A DNA stretch of 64,000 nucleotides from NCBI GenBank assembly GCA_002842095.1, contig PHCB01000008.1, forward strand, positions 209,231 through 273,230, written 5' to 3'. A model generated the notes under the pieces. That model was not told the DNA's origin, made no database searches, and saw only the letters and a program-made list of their open reading frames with translations. A program made the position numbers and the translations under genes. Of the stretch, positions 9,149 through 21,508 are shown one piece after another; position 1 is the stretch's first letter, and each line of letters starts with the position of its first letter. The DNA is from a candidate division BRC1 bacterium HGW-BRC1-1 (GTDB lineage Bacteria > Sumerlaeota > Sumerlaeia > Sumerlaeales > Sumerlaeaceae).

Positions 9149-10561
9149 CTAACCGTTCGCTGCGGTGAGTATCCGATATTCTTCGGTAGCGCGCGCCGAT
9201 TTTCTGATGGCTGGCATTCGAGCCCAAAGCCAGATGGATATCATAAGACAAACCACGCTGCAAAAGGTCAGTGCTTGCCGGGGCCCGAATTTCTCAGCCA
9301 AAGCACCCACGAAGAGATTTCCGAATGGCATGAATCCCATGCTTGCCATGGTATAAAGGCCCATCATGCGCCCGCGGTATTCGTCGGGCACCAATAACTG
9401 CAACAGCGACTGAGCACCAATCATGGTGCAGACAATGCATGCACCGGCTCCGACCAGCATGATGCGAGCTGTGGTGAGATTTTGCGACCAGGAAAATCCC
9501 ATCGCAACGATCGAGAACAGCCCCAGCGATATGGCGATGAGCCGCCCCAGCCCACCGATGCGCTTGCGCCGGGCCATGATGATTCCTCCGAGGATCGCTC
9601 CGACGCCGATGCTGGACATGAGCGATGCGTTCACGGAAATGTCACCGTTAAAAACAGACTTGGCAAAAACAGGCATGAGCATCAGGTAGGGCAGGCCAAA
9701 TACGGCAACCATGGCCACAAGGATAAGCATGGCGCTCAGGTGAGGTGACGACCTGGCATATCGAATTGCCTCTCTGAGCTGGCCACGGCGGGAGTTGATG
9801 TTCGGCGCAACCTGAGGGCTGGGCTTTATGCGCCATAGCTGGAAGAGAACCGCCAGATAAGTAAGGGCATTGATGACGAAACAGAGTCCTTCGCCGAACC
9901 CGGGGAATCCGGGGTTCCATCGGGCGAATCCCACCACAAGCATACCCGCAAATGCCGGACCAATAACACGGGCAATATTGAAGCTTAGTGAGTTGAGAGC
10001 GACCGCGTTGCCCAGGTCTGGGCGCGGGACCATCTGCACGAGAAACGCCTGACGGATGGGCATATCGAAGGATTGAACCACACCCATGAAAATCGTCAGG
10101 GAAAGAATGTGCCAATAGGAGATGAGGGGGCCGCCGTCCGGGCCGCGTGCAAGGGTCAGGCCAGCCAGCACGACGGCCTGCACCATGCCCAGCGACTGCG
10201 TGATTTTAATGGCCTTGTGGCGGTCGATATTTTCCGCTAACACCCCGGCCCAGGACGCTATAATCAACATTGGGATTTGTCCTGCAAAGCCAATGACCCC
10301 AAGGAGAAAGGCGCTGTCGGTGAGCGTGTAAACCATCCATTGCAGGACAGTGCTCTGTACCCACATCCCCAGCACCGAAACGATCTGTCCATAGGTGAAC
10401 AGCCGATAATTCTTGTGGCGGAGGGAACGAATGATTTCGGGAAAACGCCGCGTTTTCGGGGGGGGAGCAGTATCTTCGAAGGGCATGATGGGGGTGATTT
10501 CGGTGGGACTCATAAGAGTAGCGGCGTGACTTCCTTGTGATAAAGGAACCAGCTTTGCCAC
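9149..10561 (-). CDS. MFS transporter.
   Basis: About 12 predicted TM segments with MFS-like loop motifs. The length is 470 aa. Confidence 0.7.
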   Translation of the reverse strand: MAKLVPLSQGSHAATLMSPTEITPIMPFEDTAPPPKTRRFPEIIRSLRHKNYRLFTYGQIVSVLGMWVQSTVLQWMVYTLTDSAFLLGVIGFAGQIPMLIIASWAGVLAENIDRHKAIKITQSLGMVQAVVLAGLTLARGPDGGPLISYWHILSLTIFMGVVQSFDMPIRQAFLVQMVPRPDLGNAVALNSLSFNIARVIGPAFAGMLVVGFARWNPGFPGFGEGLCFVINALTYLAVLFQLWRIKPSPQVAPNINSRRGQLREAIRYARSSPHLSAMLILVAMVAVFGLPYLMLMPVFAKSVFNGDISVNASLMSSIGVGAILGGIIMARRKRIGGLGRLIAISLGLFSIVAMGFSWSQNLTTARIMLVGAGACIVCTMIGAQSLLQLLVPDEYRGRMMGLYTMASMGFMPFGNLFVGALAEKFGPRQALTFCSVVCLMISIWLWARMPAIRKSARATEEYRILTAANG

Positions 10562-10612
10562 GCTCGAATTCGCTTCCGGGATAACTTCACGTAATCAGTC
10601 GCGCAGACAGCT

Positions 10613-13600
10613 TCACTCCTGAAGTGGAGAGGTGTCCACGAGGAAGACCCGCCCGTCAAACAAAGCCAGGGCGAGTTTTGCGTCATGGGAGCCAAGGCCC
10701 GTGAACAGCATGTGTCCATCACCGGGAGGACGCCACGTACCAATGAAGGAGGTTGAGAGGTCCGCTGAGACGCGATAAAAACGCACGTTACGGATGGAAT
10801 CTGCGACGGCCAGCAAACGTTCGTTCACCCATGTACAGGCCATCGCCTCTATCATATCGTCCTGGATGAAGGCGGTTCTTTCAGTTTCTCCTGCGGTATT
10901 CAATTGTGCCAGGGCAACGCCGCGTTGCAAGCGAGGCAAGGCAAGCACCCGGGATTGGCTGAGTGCGCTGCCCTGGAAAGCAGTGCGAGATATATAAGTC
11001 TTGATCTGAAAAGCATCATCCAGAGCCAGTGGTTTGAGATTGGCTGGCCCGTTGTTGCGGACAACCGCAGTTACGCTGTCTCCGGCAAAGGGACCGTAAA
11101 GATCGCCGTAAACATCCGTTTCGGACAAGCCGACCTGGACAGTGGCCCAACCCGATGCAGTATCAACCAATTGGCGAACACCGTAACCAAGCATGGTCAG
11201 CCAGGCCTCACCGTCACCTCGGACGAGATCAAAAGCCCCTCCGCTGTGACCGGTGAAATTCCAGTCAGAAACCGCAGGATTGGAAAGTGGAAACAGGCGG
11301 GAGCCCAGAAAGCGGGAGTTCGAAAAGAAGTGATCGCCGGAAAAACCATTTAGTGTGGGTGCCCAAATTGGTGGAAGGTCCAAAGCTTCAACATCGGAAC
11401 CGATCAGGCGATAAATGGGAGGCGGTATATTACCTGTATCTTCGCGAAATGCTGAAAGAGCGAGGAACTGGCCTGTGGGATCAAACTCGACTCCACGCAA
11501 ATTGAGGGGGCGGCTGTCGGGTCGAAGGGCGGTAAACTGCGATAGCAGTGGCAATGATAAAGTGGTGAGGGTGGGCGGAGCTACCGGGGCAACATCGTAG
11601 GATTCTACCAGGCTTTTTCCAAGAGGAGTCATGGTCCACTGACCGGGCTCCAATTTTACGGAAAGATGAATGCGCTGCGATGTGGGAAGCGGTTTCCGCG
11701 AGACAAGATCGATGGCACTGCGTAAGCGCAGGGGCGCGCTGAGCTGTACGGAAACGGTTCGTGGCGAGAATTCGTCGGTGTTCAAAAGAAACAGGACATT
11801 CCCATAACGAGGATGCTCAGCGATACTGGCAGCAAGGGGAGCGGGAATCCGCTCATCAAGAATCGGGGTAGTGAGGTCCTTCAGATAAGGAGCAGTTCGA
11901 GATAACTGGCGGGCAAAATTTCGATAGGCGTCAAGCTTTGGTGTCGGCTCGAGTTCAGGCCCCCGGATACCTTCTGCATAACTTATGGACGTGTAGATAA
12001 AAGGAACAACACCACGCGCACCGGTAAGAACGGCTGCCCCCAATTGAGCACTGTGAATGGCCGGAGGCACCGAACGGAAAAAATCGAATTCGTCTGATTC
12101 AAAGGCTTGTAACGTCCACCAGAAGGGACGCGATTGGGCATCGGCAGCGCGGGCGAGTTCGTTAAGGCGCGGTAGTTCGGCAAGCAGCGCCTCGGAATTG
12201 TCGCGAGGATTTCTGGAGGCGTAGGGGTAGATGTCCACCATCCAAATTGGCGTGCCTGATTGTGTGAGGTTATCGGTGGTGGCTTGATCAGTCAGCACCG
12301 AGAAGGCCGGACCCGGAGCGTCTTTTCGCGCGAGGGATTTGCTGATCCGCCCCAGTATATCGAATGCCTCGGGCGTTGTTGGTTCATCCACGATGTAAAC
12401 GCCGCGATATAATCTCGAACTGGCAACCGGTTGAAGAAGTTCATCCAGTCTTTCCCGGTAGGCTGTTTCGTGCCATTCGTTCTGAGACAGGGCAGTGGCG
12501 AAGAGAGAACGAACCTCATCCAACTGAACGATAAACGGTAAGCGTAGCTTTTCACAGGCGCGCCGAATTGCAAGTAACTGGTCGCGGCGGCAATGAACCA
12601 TTGCGATGTTGAAACCATCGCGTTTGGCAGAGGCGAGGGTTTGCACGGTGCGGTTATCGTCTTGGTCATAGCGCAGGTAGAGCCAGGCCATGTTGGTAAA
12701 CTGCGCGGTGTCCCGGGATTTGGGTTCAGATAAGGATTCCGCACGATTGACCGTGAACGAATGCGTGGTTTCCACGGTGGCACCAGTGGTTGAAATCAGC
12801 TTGAAGCGTGCTGTGTAGTCACCGCCCGGAGCATCATTGTCCAGCCAGCTTGATCGGAAGGTTGTCCCCAGTGGTGTAATGGCTGGAGAATTAAAATAAT
12901 CGTCAGGCCCTTCGATCTCTATAGTGCCTTGGAGGAGACGCCCGGGCCATGCACCGGTAAGCGTCAGGCTGGTGTCCAGACTGCCGGGGCCTACCGTTAT
13001 TGTGCCGGCAGAAAGGGATGTGAATCCCCGGGAAACGTCATTTAATCGGATGCTGTCTCCGGAACTATTTTCGATCTCCACTTTCGCTTTGGGAGAAAGA
13101 TCAGGCGTCCATCCCGGGAACTGGGCGAACCATGTTCCCTCCAGATCGTTTAGATCCACACGCAGGGAGCGTGTTACGGTGGTCGCGTTTTCATTTCGGG
13201 GGATGGAACTTTCTCTGATAACCAGAGAGGCTGGTCCGGTGGCAGAGAACCCTCCCGTAACAAAGTATCTTCTGCCGTCCGGCACAGCCACGACCTGCTG
13301 ACTTACCGCGGCGTCCTGCTCGGGCAGTAGCAATTGCAAATCGTCGGTTACGAGGGCACCGCCCTGCTCCTGCCAGGGTTCTCCGTAATCCTTGTTCGCC
13401 GACGAAAACGATTCGAGGAAAAGAATCAGGTCATCGTATCGGACCCATTCCTCGTTTCTTCGGCTGGCCAGGAAGATGTCTGCACGTTGACTTGCTCCCT
13501 CCGCCATCTCGACGTGAGACCAAAAATCGCCGTAAAGAGAACCCGTGGTAACAGGGGAGTCGCCGACTCCGTCGACCAGAAAGTCGCCATTGGGTATAAA

Positions 13601-13936
13601 AAACGGGACGCGTATCCGTGTGCGTTGGAAATCGAATTCAACGGACGCCTTTCCCGATACGGCAAATGCCTGATGCGCATCGAGAGGAAGTGTTACGGAC
13701 TGGGCCCAACCATAGAGAAAGGATGCACGAAGGCTTCGGTTTCCGCTGTGGGCTAACGCTGGATCGTTGTCGGCAAATGCCTCGCGGAAGACATACCAGT
13801 CCTGAGGGTTTCCGTCACCATCCAGAAGTTCAAAACCGGGATTGCGCAATATGGTCTGCTGACCAAAGGCAGGCATCGCGGCGACAAGAACGCAAAGGCA
13901 TCCGGTCGTCGCCGCGATGCGAGTTAACCAACTCAT
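10613..13936 (-). CDS. Large secreted protein (1107 aa) with a CBM4/9-like N-terminal domain and a possible glycoside-hydrolase-like core. Function is unknown.
   Basis: The signal peptide is MSWLTRIAATTGCLCVLVAAMPAFGQQ. It is followed by NPGFELLDGDG..W, a CBM_4_9-like start. The start overlaps the stop of the upstream TerB-like gene by 4 nt. Confidence 0.55.
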   Translation of the reverse strand: MSWLTRIAATTGCLCVLVAAMPAFGQQTILRNPGFELLDGDGNPQDWYVFREAFADNDPALAHSGNRSLRASFLYGWAQSVTLPLDAHQAFAVSGKASVEFDFQRTRIRVPFFIPNGDFLVDGVGDSPVTTGSLYGDFWSHVEMAEGASQRADIFLASRRNEEWVRYDDLILFLESFSSANKDYGEPWQEQGGALVTDDLQLLLPEQDAAVSQQVVAVPDGRRYFVTGGFSATGPASLVIRESSIPRNENATTVTRSLRVDLNDLEGTWFAQFPGWTPDLSPKAKVEIENSSGDSIRLNDVSRGFTSLSAGTITVGPGSLDTSLTLTGAWPGRLLQGTIEIEGPDDYFNSPAITPLGTTFRSSWLDNDAPGGDYTARFKLISTTGATVETTHSFTVNRAESLSEPKSRDTAQFTNMAWLYLRYDQDDNRTVQTLASAKRDGFNIAMVHCRRDQLLAIRRACEKLRLPFIVQLDEVRSLFATALSQNEWHETAYRERLDELLQPVASSRLYRGVYIVDEPTTPEAFDILGRISKSLARKDAPGPAFSVLTDQATTDNLTQSGTPIWMVDIYPYASRNPRDNSEALLAELPRLNELARAADAQSRPFWWTLQAFESDEFDFFRSVPPAIHSAQLGAAVLTGARGVVPFIYTSISYAEGIRGPELEPTPKLDAYRNFARQLSRTAPYLKDLTTPILDERIPAPLAASIAEHPRYGNVLFLLNTDEFSPRTVSVQLSAPLRLRSAIDLVSRKPLPTSQRIHLSVKLEPGQWTMTPLGKSLVESYDVAPVAPPTLTTLSLPLLSQFTALRPDSRPLNLRGVEFDPTGQFLALSAFREDTGNIPPPIYRLIGSDVEALDLPPIWAPTLNGFSGDHFFSNSRFLGSRLFPLSNPAVSDWNFTGHSGGAFDLVRGDGEAWLTMLGYGVRQLVDTASGWATVQVGLSETDVYGDLYGPFAGDSVTAVVRNNGPANLKPLALDDAFQIKTYISRTAFQGSALSQSRVLALPRLQRGVALAQLNTAGETERTAFIQDDMIEAMACTWVNERLLAVADSIRNVRFYRVSADLSTSFIGTWRPPGDGHMLFTGLGSHDAKLALALFDGRVFLVDTSPLQE

Positions 13937-14928
13937 GCTTTACCCGTGACGATTTTCATTATCTTGCCGAGGTCCAGAGAAGCCATGTTTTCGGCAATGA
14001 TGGGTTTGTATTCTTCATACATTCCCTTGGCTGCATTGGCTGATTCACCAAACTTAAACTTCAAGGTATCCGTGGTCATGGTGCGACCCGACGAGTAATA
14101 TTGTTGGGCCACTTTGCCGATGGCGTAGGTTGACACAAAGGCGGTGGCTGACCCTGTTGCCATCTGGGCAATAGTGCCAGCAGCGCGTCCCTTGGTTTTC
14201 TTGATCAGGACTCCCACGATCTTGCGCAGAAAATCTTCCACCACCTGGGAGGTTACGCCCACACCCAGTACGGCGAGGAACTCTTTGGCGTGCCCAAAAT
14301 CTAGCTCATGACCATTGGCCTTGCTGATCCTATACACGAGTCGGGTTTGGAGCGGCAGGATGGCCATTGTGGCCAGCGTCTGGGGTAGAAGTTCCAGGGC
14401 TGCGTTGAGAATTGATGCGTTAAGGATCAGTTTTTCGATAGCAACCACACCAGGATCCTTGCCTTCAGCCTCAATATTCACGGGGATGGGAAGGAGATCT
14501 TCCACCTCCTCCTCGGTGGCCGGGGTTTCTTCGTCTGCTTTGGTTTCAGTTTCTTTGGTCGATTGTGCATCGTCGGGGTTCATGGGTTTCCCATCGCTAT
14601 TTAGTTCCAGGGCATTGCGAAGCTGAAAGAGGAACTCACGTTCTTCATCCGATTGATCTCCATCCGCCTCACACACGCGAATGGCCATTCTGTAGGTGTA
14701 TTCCCTGTTTTCCGCGCCTTGGATTAAGGCCGCTTCATTTTCAAGAGACGTCTGGTTCAGCAGCACGCGGTGTTGGATACTGGATTCCCCGACCCCACCC
14801 AGTTCGTCAAAAATATCGTTAAGTTTCTCTGTTTCGGGATCGTCTTTAGTTCCATCGGCGAGAGCGGCCATATAGCAGATTGTGGCAATAGCCCGAGTCT
14901 CCGTTGCGTCGATCATGATGTTTGTCAT
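13933..14928 (-). CDS. TerB-like N-terminal domain protein with an acidic linker and a C-terminal domain of unknown function (DUF697-like).
   Basis: The N-terminus (IATICYMAALADGTKDDPETEKLNDIFDELG ... EEREFLFQLRNAL) has the TerB/DjlA-N two-helix repeat character. The C-terminal half (LPLQTRLVYRISKANGHELDFGHAKEFLAVLGVG) resembles DUF697. The 3' end overlaps the next gene by 4 nt. Confidence 0.45.
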   Translation of the reverse strand: MTNIMIDATETRAIATICYMAALADGTKDDPETEKLNDIFDELGGVGESSIQHRVLLNQTSLENEAALIQGAENREYTYRMAIRVCEADGDQSDEEREFLFQLRNALELNSDGKPMNPDDAQSTKETETKADEETPATEEEVEDLLPIPVNIEAEGKDPGVVAIEKLILNASILNAALELLPQTLATMAILPLQTRLVYRISKANGHELDFGHAKEFLAVLGVGVTSQVVEDFLRKIVGVLIKKTKGRAAGTIAQMATGSATAFVSTYAIGKVAQQYYSSGRTMTTDTLKFKFGESANAAKGMYEEYKPIIAENMASLDLGKIMKIVTGKA

Positions 14929-14967
14929 TCCTCCGGTGTTTGCTGATGCACCTTTTGGACAACAACA

Positions 14968-15789
14968 TCAGCGGTCCGGTTGCGTCATCTGTGGTGGAGG
15001 TTGAAAATGATGCAATGTCTTGCGCAGCGTGGTGCCGAGATAGCCATTAAGTGCCTGCTCGATAGTCTCAGAATTCAACGCTGCGTTTGAGAAGACCCCG
15101 GTCACATCAACGTTGGAGGTAATGGCGCCATCCTGGCTGGATCTTTTCAGAATAGCAGGAACGATTTTATCCGCAGCCACCACCCACACGTCTCGTTCTT
15201 TTTCAACTTTATTGGTCAGGTTTCCACTCACGCATAGCACCGCTTCAATTTGGGGCTCGGTCGTCGGGGCGAGCTGAAGCAAAAGACGGTAGAGTTCCGA
15301 CGCCGAATCGCGAGCCTTGTCCAATTCGATGGAATCCGGCGAGACCGAGTTCCCCTTCAGTTCTGCGTTGTGCAGAGCGAAAATGCCGCTTGGGCCAATG
15401 ATCACATGATCCAGCCAGCCATCTCCGGCCTGGATTCGGGTGAAAACCGCAAAGCGATCATCAAGCTGGCTGAGATATTGTTCCACCACCCGGTCTGCTT
15501 GCACTGCCGAAGCGGTGTCGACGTGGATGGTCAGGTAAGCCCTGCGCAATTGGAACAGCACGAGAATCGTGATGACGGCGATGATGTAAACTATCGCCAC
15601 TGTGAGGCCCGGGACCATCGTTGTAGTGCGGGAGTAGATATGAAATGCCACTGCAGCCGCAGCCAAGGCAGCAATTGAGAGCCAGAATTTTCTGACAGCC
15701 CGCTGCGACACGGGCATCTCTCTTAATGCCGCCGGAATGGGAATGGCCCCGGTGGGCATGCGATCCACAATTTCGTAAATTCGTGCCAA
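14968..15789 (-). CDS. NERD-domain membrane protein.
   Basis: Two N-terminal TM helices are followed by LDHVIIGPSGIFALHNAELKG, the canonical NERD nuclease-related-domain core. Confidence 0.6.
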   Translation of the reverse strand: MARIYEIVDRMPTGAIPIPAALREMPVSQRAVRKFWLSIAALAAAAVAFHIYSRTTTMVPGLTVAIVYIIAVITILVLFQLRRAYLTIHVDTASAVQADRVVEQYLSQLDDRFAVFTRIQAGDGWLDHVIIGPSGIFALHNAELKGNSVSPDSIELDKARDSASELYRLLLQLAPTTEPQIEAVLCVSGNLTNKVEKERDVWVVAADKIVPAILKRSSQDGAITSNVDVTGVFSNAALNSETIEQALNGYLGTTLRKTLHHFQPPPQMTQPDR

Positions 15790-15876
15790 GGCGAGACCTT
15801 TCCGTCCTTCGATTAATGAAAGCTTATCCGGGCGTTCCAGACTGCCTGATTTGTTGAGCTAACATTAACGAGAAAC

Positions 15877-16742
15877 TCAGCGATTGTTCTGCGGAAGCGC
15901 TTTCGCCAGCATTTCATCCACGCGGACAAATTGGTAACCGCGCGTCCGCAATTCGTCGATCATGGCTCCCATGTGCTTAAACAGGTGGTCTTTGGTGCGG
16001 GCGGGGCCTGCTCCAATATGAATGAGCATCATGAACCCGTTGAGCCCCGCAGGGTCCTTGGCTTCTTTCTCCATCACACCTTTCACCATATCCTCGCTGG
16101 AGATATATTTCGGGTGGGTGTCCTCCATATAGTCGGCGTTGGTGCGGGTGCCGGGTGAGAAATTAAAGAGAACCATCCCGCGCGCGGCAGTCCAGTCGCT
16201 TATCTCCTGCGTGTAATGCTCGTAAGGAGGAATGAAGAAAGGTGCCTTCGCCGGATCGACCCCGAAATTCTCGAGGATTTTCATGTTCGAGTCGAGGTCC
16301 TTGTCAAAATCCTCGCGCGAGATGAGTAATTTCGGAGGGCTGTCCCACGACGCATAGAGAGGATGAGCGTCGCTGTGGGGACCGAGGTAATGGCCCTCGT
16401 CGCGCACACGCTCGATGATGCGTTTGAACTCGGGCTTGCGAAAGAAATCCCCGGTGAAAAAGAAAGACCCCTTGATGCCGCGCTCTTTCAGCGCATCAAG
16501 GATGATGTCACCTCCCTCGGCGAAGGAGCCGCCCGTGAATATCAGGGCCATTTCTTTGCGGTCCAGGCGGCCGCGGATAATTCCACCACGGTCATAGGTG
16601 AAGGTCGTGTGCGTATCAGCGGTTGTAGTCATTGTGGTGTGTGAATTCCCTTCCTTGATTGCAGGCGCTGCCCATGCCGTCTGCCCTGCGGTATTTGCCA
16701 GCAGGATGATGGCGGTCGCCAAAATTGATAGATTCATGACTG

Positions 16743-16746
<4 letters not shown>
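15877..16746 (-). CDS. Polysaccharide deacetylase (NodB homology / carbohydrate esterase 4-like), secreted. The ORF track's 453-aa version is an over-extension.
   Basis: The signal peptide MTVMNLSILATAIILLANTAGQTAWAAP starts at the ATG at 16744-16746. That ATG overlaps the stop (16743-16745) of the upstream flippase-like gene as ATGA. The body (FTGDFFRKPEFKRIIERVRDEGHYLGPHSDAHP) is deacetylase-like. The track's extra 164 N-terminal residues run antisense through the neighbouring gene. Confidence 0.7.
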
Positions 16747-19248
<2,502 letters not shown>

Positions 19249-19264
19249 TCGAAACCGCACATCT

Positions 19265-19963
19265 GTGCGAACGTTTCATGGAGCGGCGTGGGCCTTTGCG
19301 GCCTGCGCCGCTTTTCTTTCATGTTCAGTCATTGCAAGCGCCGCTCCGGAGGTCGCTCCGACTACTCCCAGGAATGCGAAAGCAAAGAATAACGCCGCAG
19401 TAACAAAGCACTCGGGGGGAGCGGATGCAAAGACCACGGTTGGCGTTACGATAAGCTACGCCTTGGGTACTGCCGGAAGCTGGTTTGAAGTCGCCAATGG
19501 AAGAATTTCACTCCGTGAACCCAAAACCGGTGAGACCAATCATCTGATTATCACAGTCAAGGATGCGCAGGATGGGCGCGACATTCCGGACTGTCAGATC
19601 ACCGCGTACGCCGAGGCAGGTGATGCGTCGGACAAGGGCACAACGGTCTCGCTGATTCCTGCCTGGGGGGAAACGTCGCTTCAATATATCGCGAATCTTT
19701 CCATGTCGACCGAGACAACGTCCGCGGTTTACCTGCGCGTAAACGTCGCCCCTCCCGGCCTCGCCCGACGCACCCTTTCCAACAAGAGCTTGTTTAAAGA
19801 GACGATTGCTGTTGAGTGGACAGATGCTAAAATATCGAAAGACCTCACCACCACGGCCCCGGCAAGTTCCGAGGTTATCCAGACGAAGGGTTCTGTTTTG
19901 ACCGGCCGTCATCAACCCGTTTCACCCACCCCTTACCCGGGTCAAAAGCAGGATTCTCAGTAA
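19265..19963 (+). CDS. Hypothetical secreted protein. A GTG start was chosen; the track's longer ORF overlaps the 3' end of eno.
   Basis: The in-frame GTG at 19265 gives the signal-peptide-like VRTFHGAAWAFAACAAFLSCSVIASA|AP. No family was recognised. Confidence 0.4.
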   Translation: MRTFHGAAWAFAACAAFLSCSVIASAAPEVAPTTPRNAKAKNNAAVTKHSGGADAKTTVGVTISYALGTAGSWFEVANGRISLREPKTGETNHLIITVKDAQDGRDIPDCQITAYAEAGDASDKGTTVSLIPAWGETSLQYIANLSMSTETTSAVYLRVNVAPPGLARRTLSNKSLFKETIAVEWTDAKISKDLTTTAPASSEVIQTKGSVLTGRHQPVSPTPYPGQKQDSQ

Positions 19964-20130
19964 GCCAATAGCTCGATTCCTGCGCACGACAAGCACCCCG
20001 AATGAGGAGCAGGACCCTCGAGGTGAAAGGTTTTACACTATCCTTCCGTGTTTCAGGGCTAAAGCCAAATAAACCCATTTGGATGGGGTATGATTTTCTG
20101 CCCGCCCAAGCGGGCTGTTCACCTCTTTGT

Positions 20131-20217
20131 GCCGGGGTGGCGGAACTGGCAGACGCACCAGCTTGAGGGGCTGGCGGGGGCAACCTCGTCGGGGTTCAAA
20201 TCCCCGTCCCGGCACCA
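20131..20217 (+). tRNA. tRNA-Leu(GAG), type II with a long variable arm and encoded CCA.
   Basis: Hand-folded. Acceptor GCCGGGG / TCCCGGC. The anticodon loop TTGAGGG gives anticodon GAG with G37. The T-arm is CGGGG-TTCAAAT-CCCCG. The discriminator is A73, followed by CCA. Confidence 0.85.
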
Positions 20218-20360
20218 TTTCTTTCCATCCAATATGTGCTTATTTTGCATTCTCACCCCCTGATAATGTTTATTTTACAGACCTGTTGACAGGTTGTGAA
20301 AACTGTGGTGGGATCATCACGATGGTTGTATGCTTGTCCTGTTGAGCATGTCTTGAAATC

Positions 20361-20852
20361 ATGACATTATTTACAATTGTACGATGGGTGGAAAATCCGA
20401 TGACCGAACCTCGCAGAGCCAGTCGCGCAGACCGACGAAAAAGTCCCGATGTATTAACACCGGAAGAAGATCGTCGAACAAACCCCTCACTGGAAGTTCG
20501 GATTCATCCTGAAGTGCGCGATGAAGAGGTGCAGTTGGTGGTCTGTGACCCAATCACTGCCGACAATTGTTTCCATGCTAAAAAAACAATGATGGCCCTC
20601 GTCGCCCGTCATCCCGGCCCCGTGGTTGTGATTGATCTGGCGAAGAGTAGCTACATCGACACCACGGCCCTGGCGATTCTTTTCGATGTGAAAAAACAAA
20701 TCACTCAGCAGGGTCGAAGCTTTTTCCTGCAAGATCCATCCCGGTCTGTGCTTCGGATGATGAACCTAACGCGGATGAATCGCTTTTTCTCGATACGGTT
20801 CACCGCCAATGACGAATCTGGCATTATCCGAACGACGGAACCGGAGGCCTGA
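20361..20852 (+). CDS. STAS-domain protein (anti-sigma-factor antagonist-like). The start may instead be the ATG at 20400 (MTEPRR).
   Basis: Block VVVIDLAKSSYIDTTALAILFDVKKQITQQGRSFFL is SpoIIAA/STAS-like. Confidence 0.65.
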   Translation: MTLFTIVRWVENPMTEPRRASRADRRKSPDVLTPEEDRRTNPSLEVRIHPEVRDEEVQLVVCDPITADNCFHAKKTMMALVARHPGPVVVIDLAKSSYIDTTALAILFDVKKQITQQGRSFFLQDPSRSVLRMMNLTRMNRFFSIRFTANDESGIIRTTEPEA

Positions 20853-20854
20853 GA

Positions 20855-21508
20855 TTGCAGGAATCGGATGCGACTTCAGACCCAAATGATCGCGAGGCTG
20901 ATTCACTCCGTATTTTTATAGCAGTGCAATTTCCCCCGCAAATTATGGCCGGGGTTACCAATGTTCAGGAACGATTGCAAAAGGGCTGCCGTTTCGTGGG
21001 CGCCAACCCTTCCTGGGTTCCGACGGATACTTTTCATCAGACTCTCGTTTTTCTTGGAGAACAGAGCCGAGACTGCCTGGACGATGTTTCGTTGGCTATG
21101 CAACGGGCAGTGGATAGGGTCAGCATCGGGCCCATAAGGTTGGCCGTTACCGGGGTTGAGTTTTTCCCATCCGCCCGCGATCCGCGAACCGTGGCCATGG
21201 CGTTGAAGGGGGAGGTTGGAAAACTCTCACAGTTGCAGTCGGCCTTGCGTGAAGAATTGCGACTTGCGGGCTTTCACATCGAAAGCCGCCCTTTTCTACC
21301 CCACGTTACGCTTGCGCGTATCAAGTCGCCAAAAGGCTTCTCGGGCTTGAAAGGCATTGTGGATGGTCATCGTTCGGTGTCGGCGGGTAAATTCGAGGTG
21401 GATCGGATTGAACTACTCGAAAGTGTTCCCAGCGGAAGCAGGCGCACGTACAGAACGTTGAACGCCGTGATGCTTCCCTCCACCCCTCCACAGGCAGAAG
21501 ATCAGTAA
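20855..21508 (+). CDS. thpR: 2H phosphoesterase superfamily protein, RNA 2',3'-cyclic phosphodiesterase (ThpR/LigT-like); only the second H-x-T-x motif (HVTLARI) was found.
   Basis: The motif found is HVTLARI. Only a loose HQTLVFLG lies upstream. The length of about 190-217 aa is in the size range of that family. Confidence 0.65.
   Translation: MQESDATSDPNDREADSLRIFIAVQFPPQIMAGVTNVQERLQKGCRFVGANPSWVPTDTFHQTLVFLGEQSRDCLDDVSLAMQRAVDRVSIGPIRLAVTGVEFFPSARDPRTVAMALKGEVGKLSQLQSALREELRLAGFHIESRPFLPHVTLARIKSPKGFSGLKGIVDGHRSVSAGKFEVDRIELLESVPSGSRRTYRTLNAVMLPSTPPQAEDQ

Noticed and set aside
20283-20318. TTGACA hexamer downstream of tRNA-Leu as a sigma-70 promoter for the STAS gene.
   Set aside because: A good -35 is present, but no acceptable -10 at 16-18 bp spacing (TGGGAT/GGGATC). 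It is too weak to annotate.
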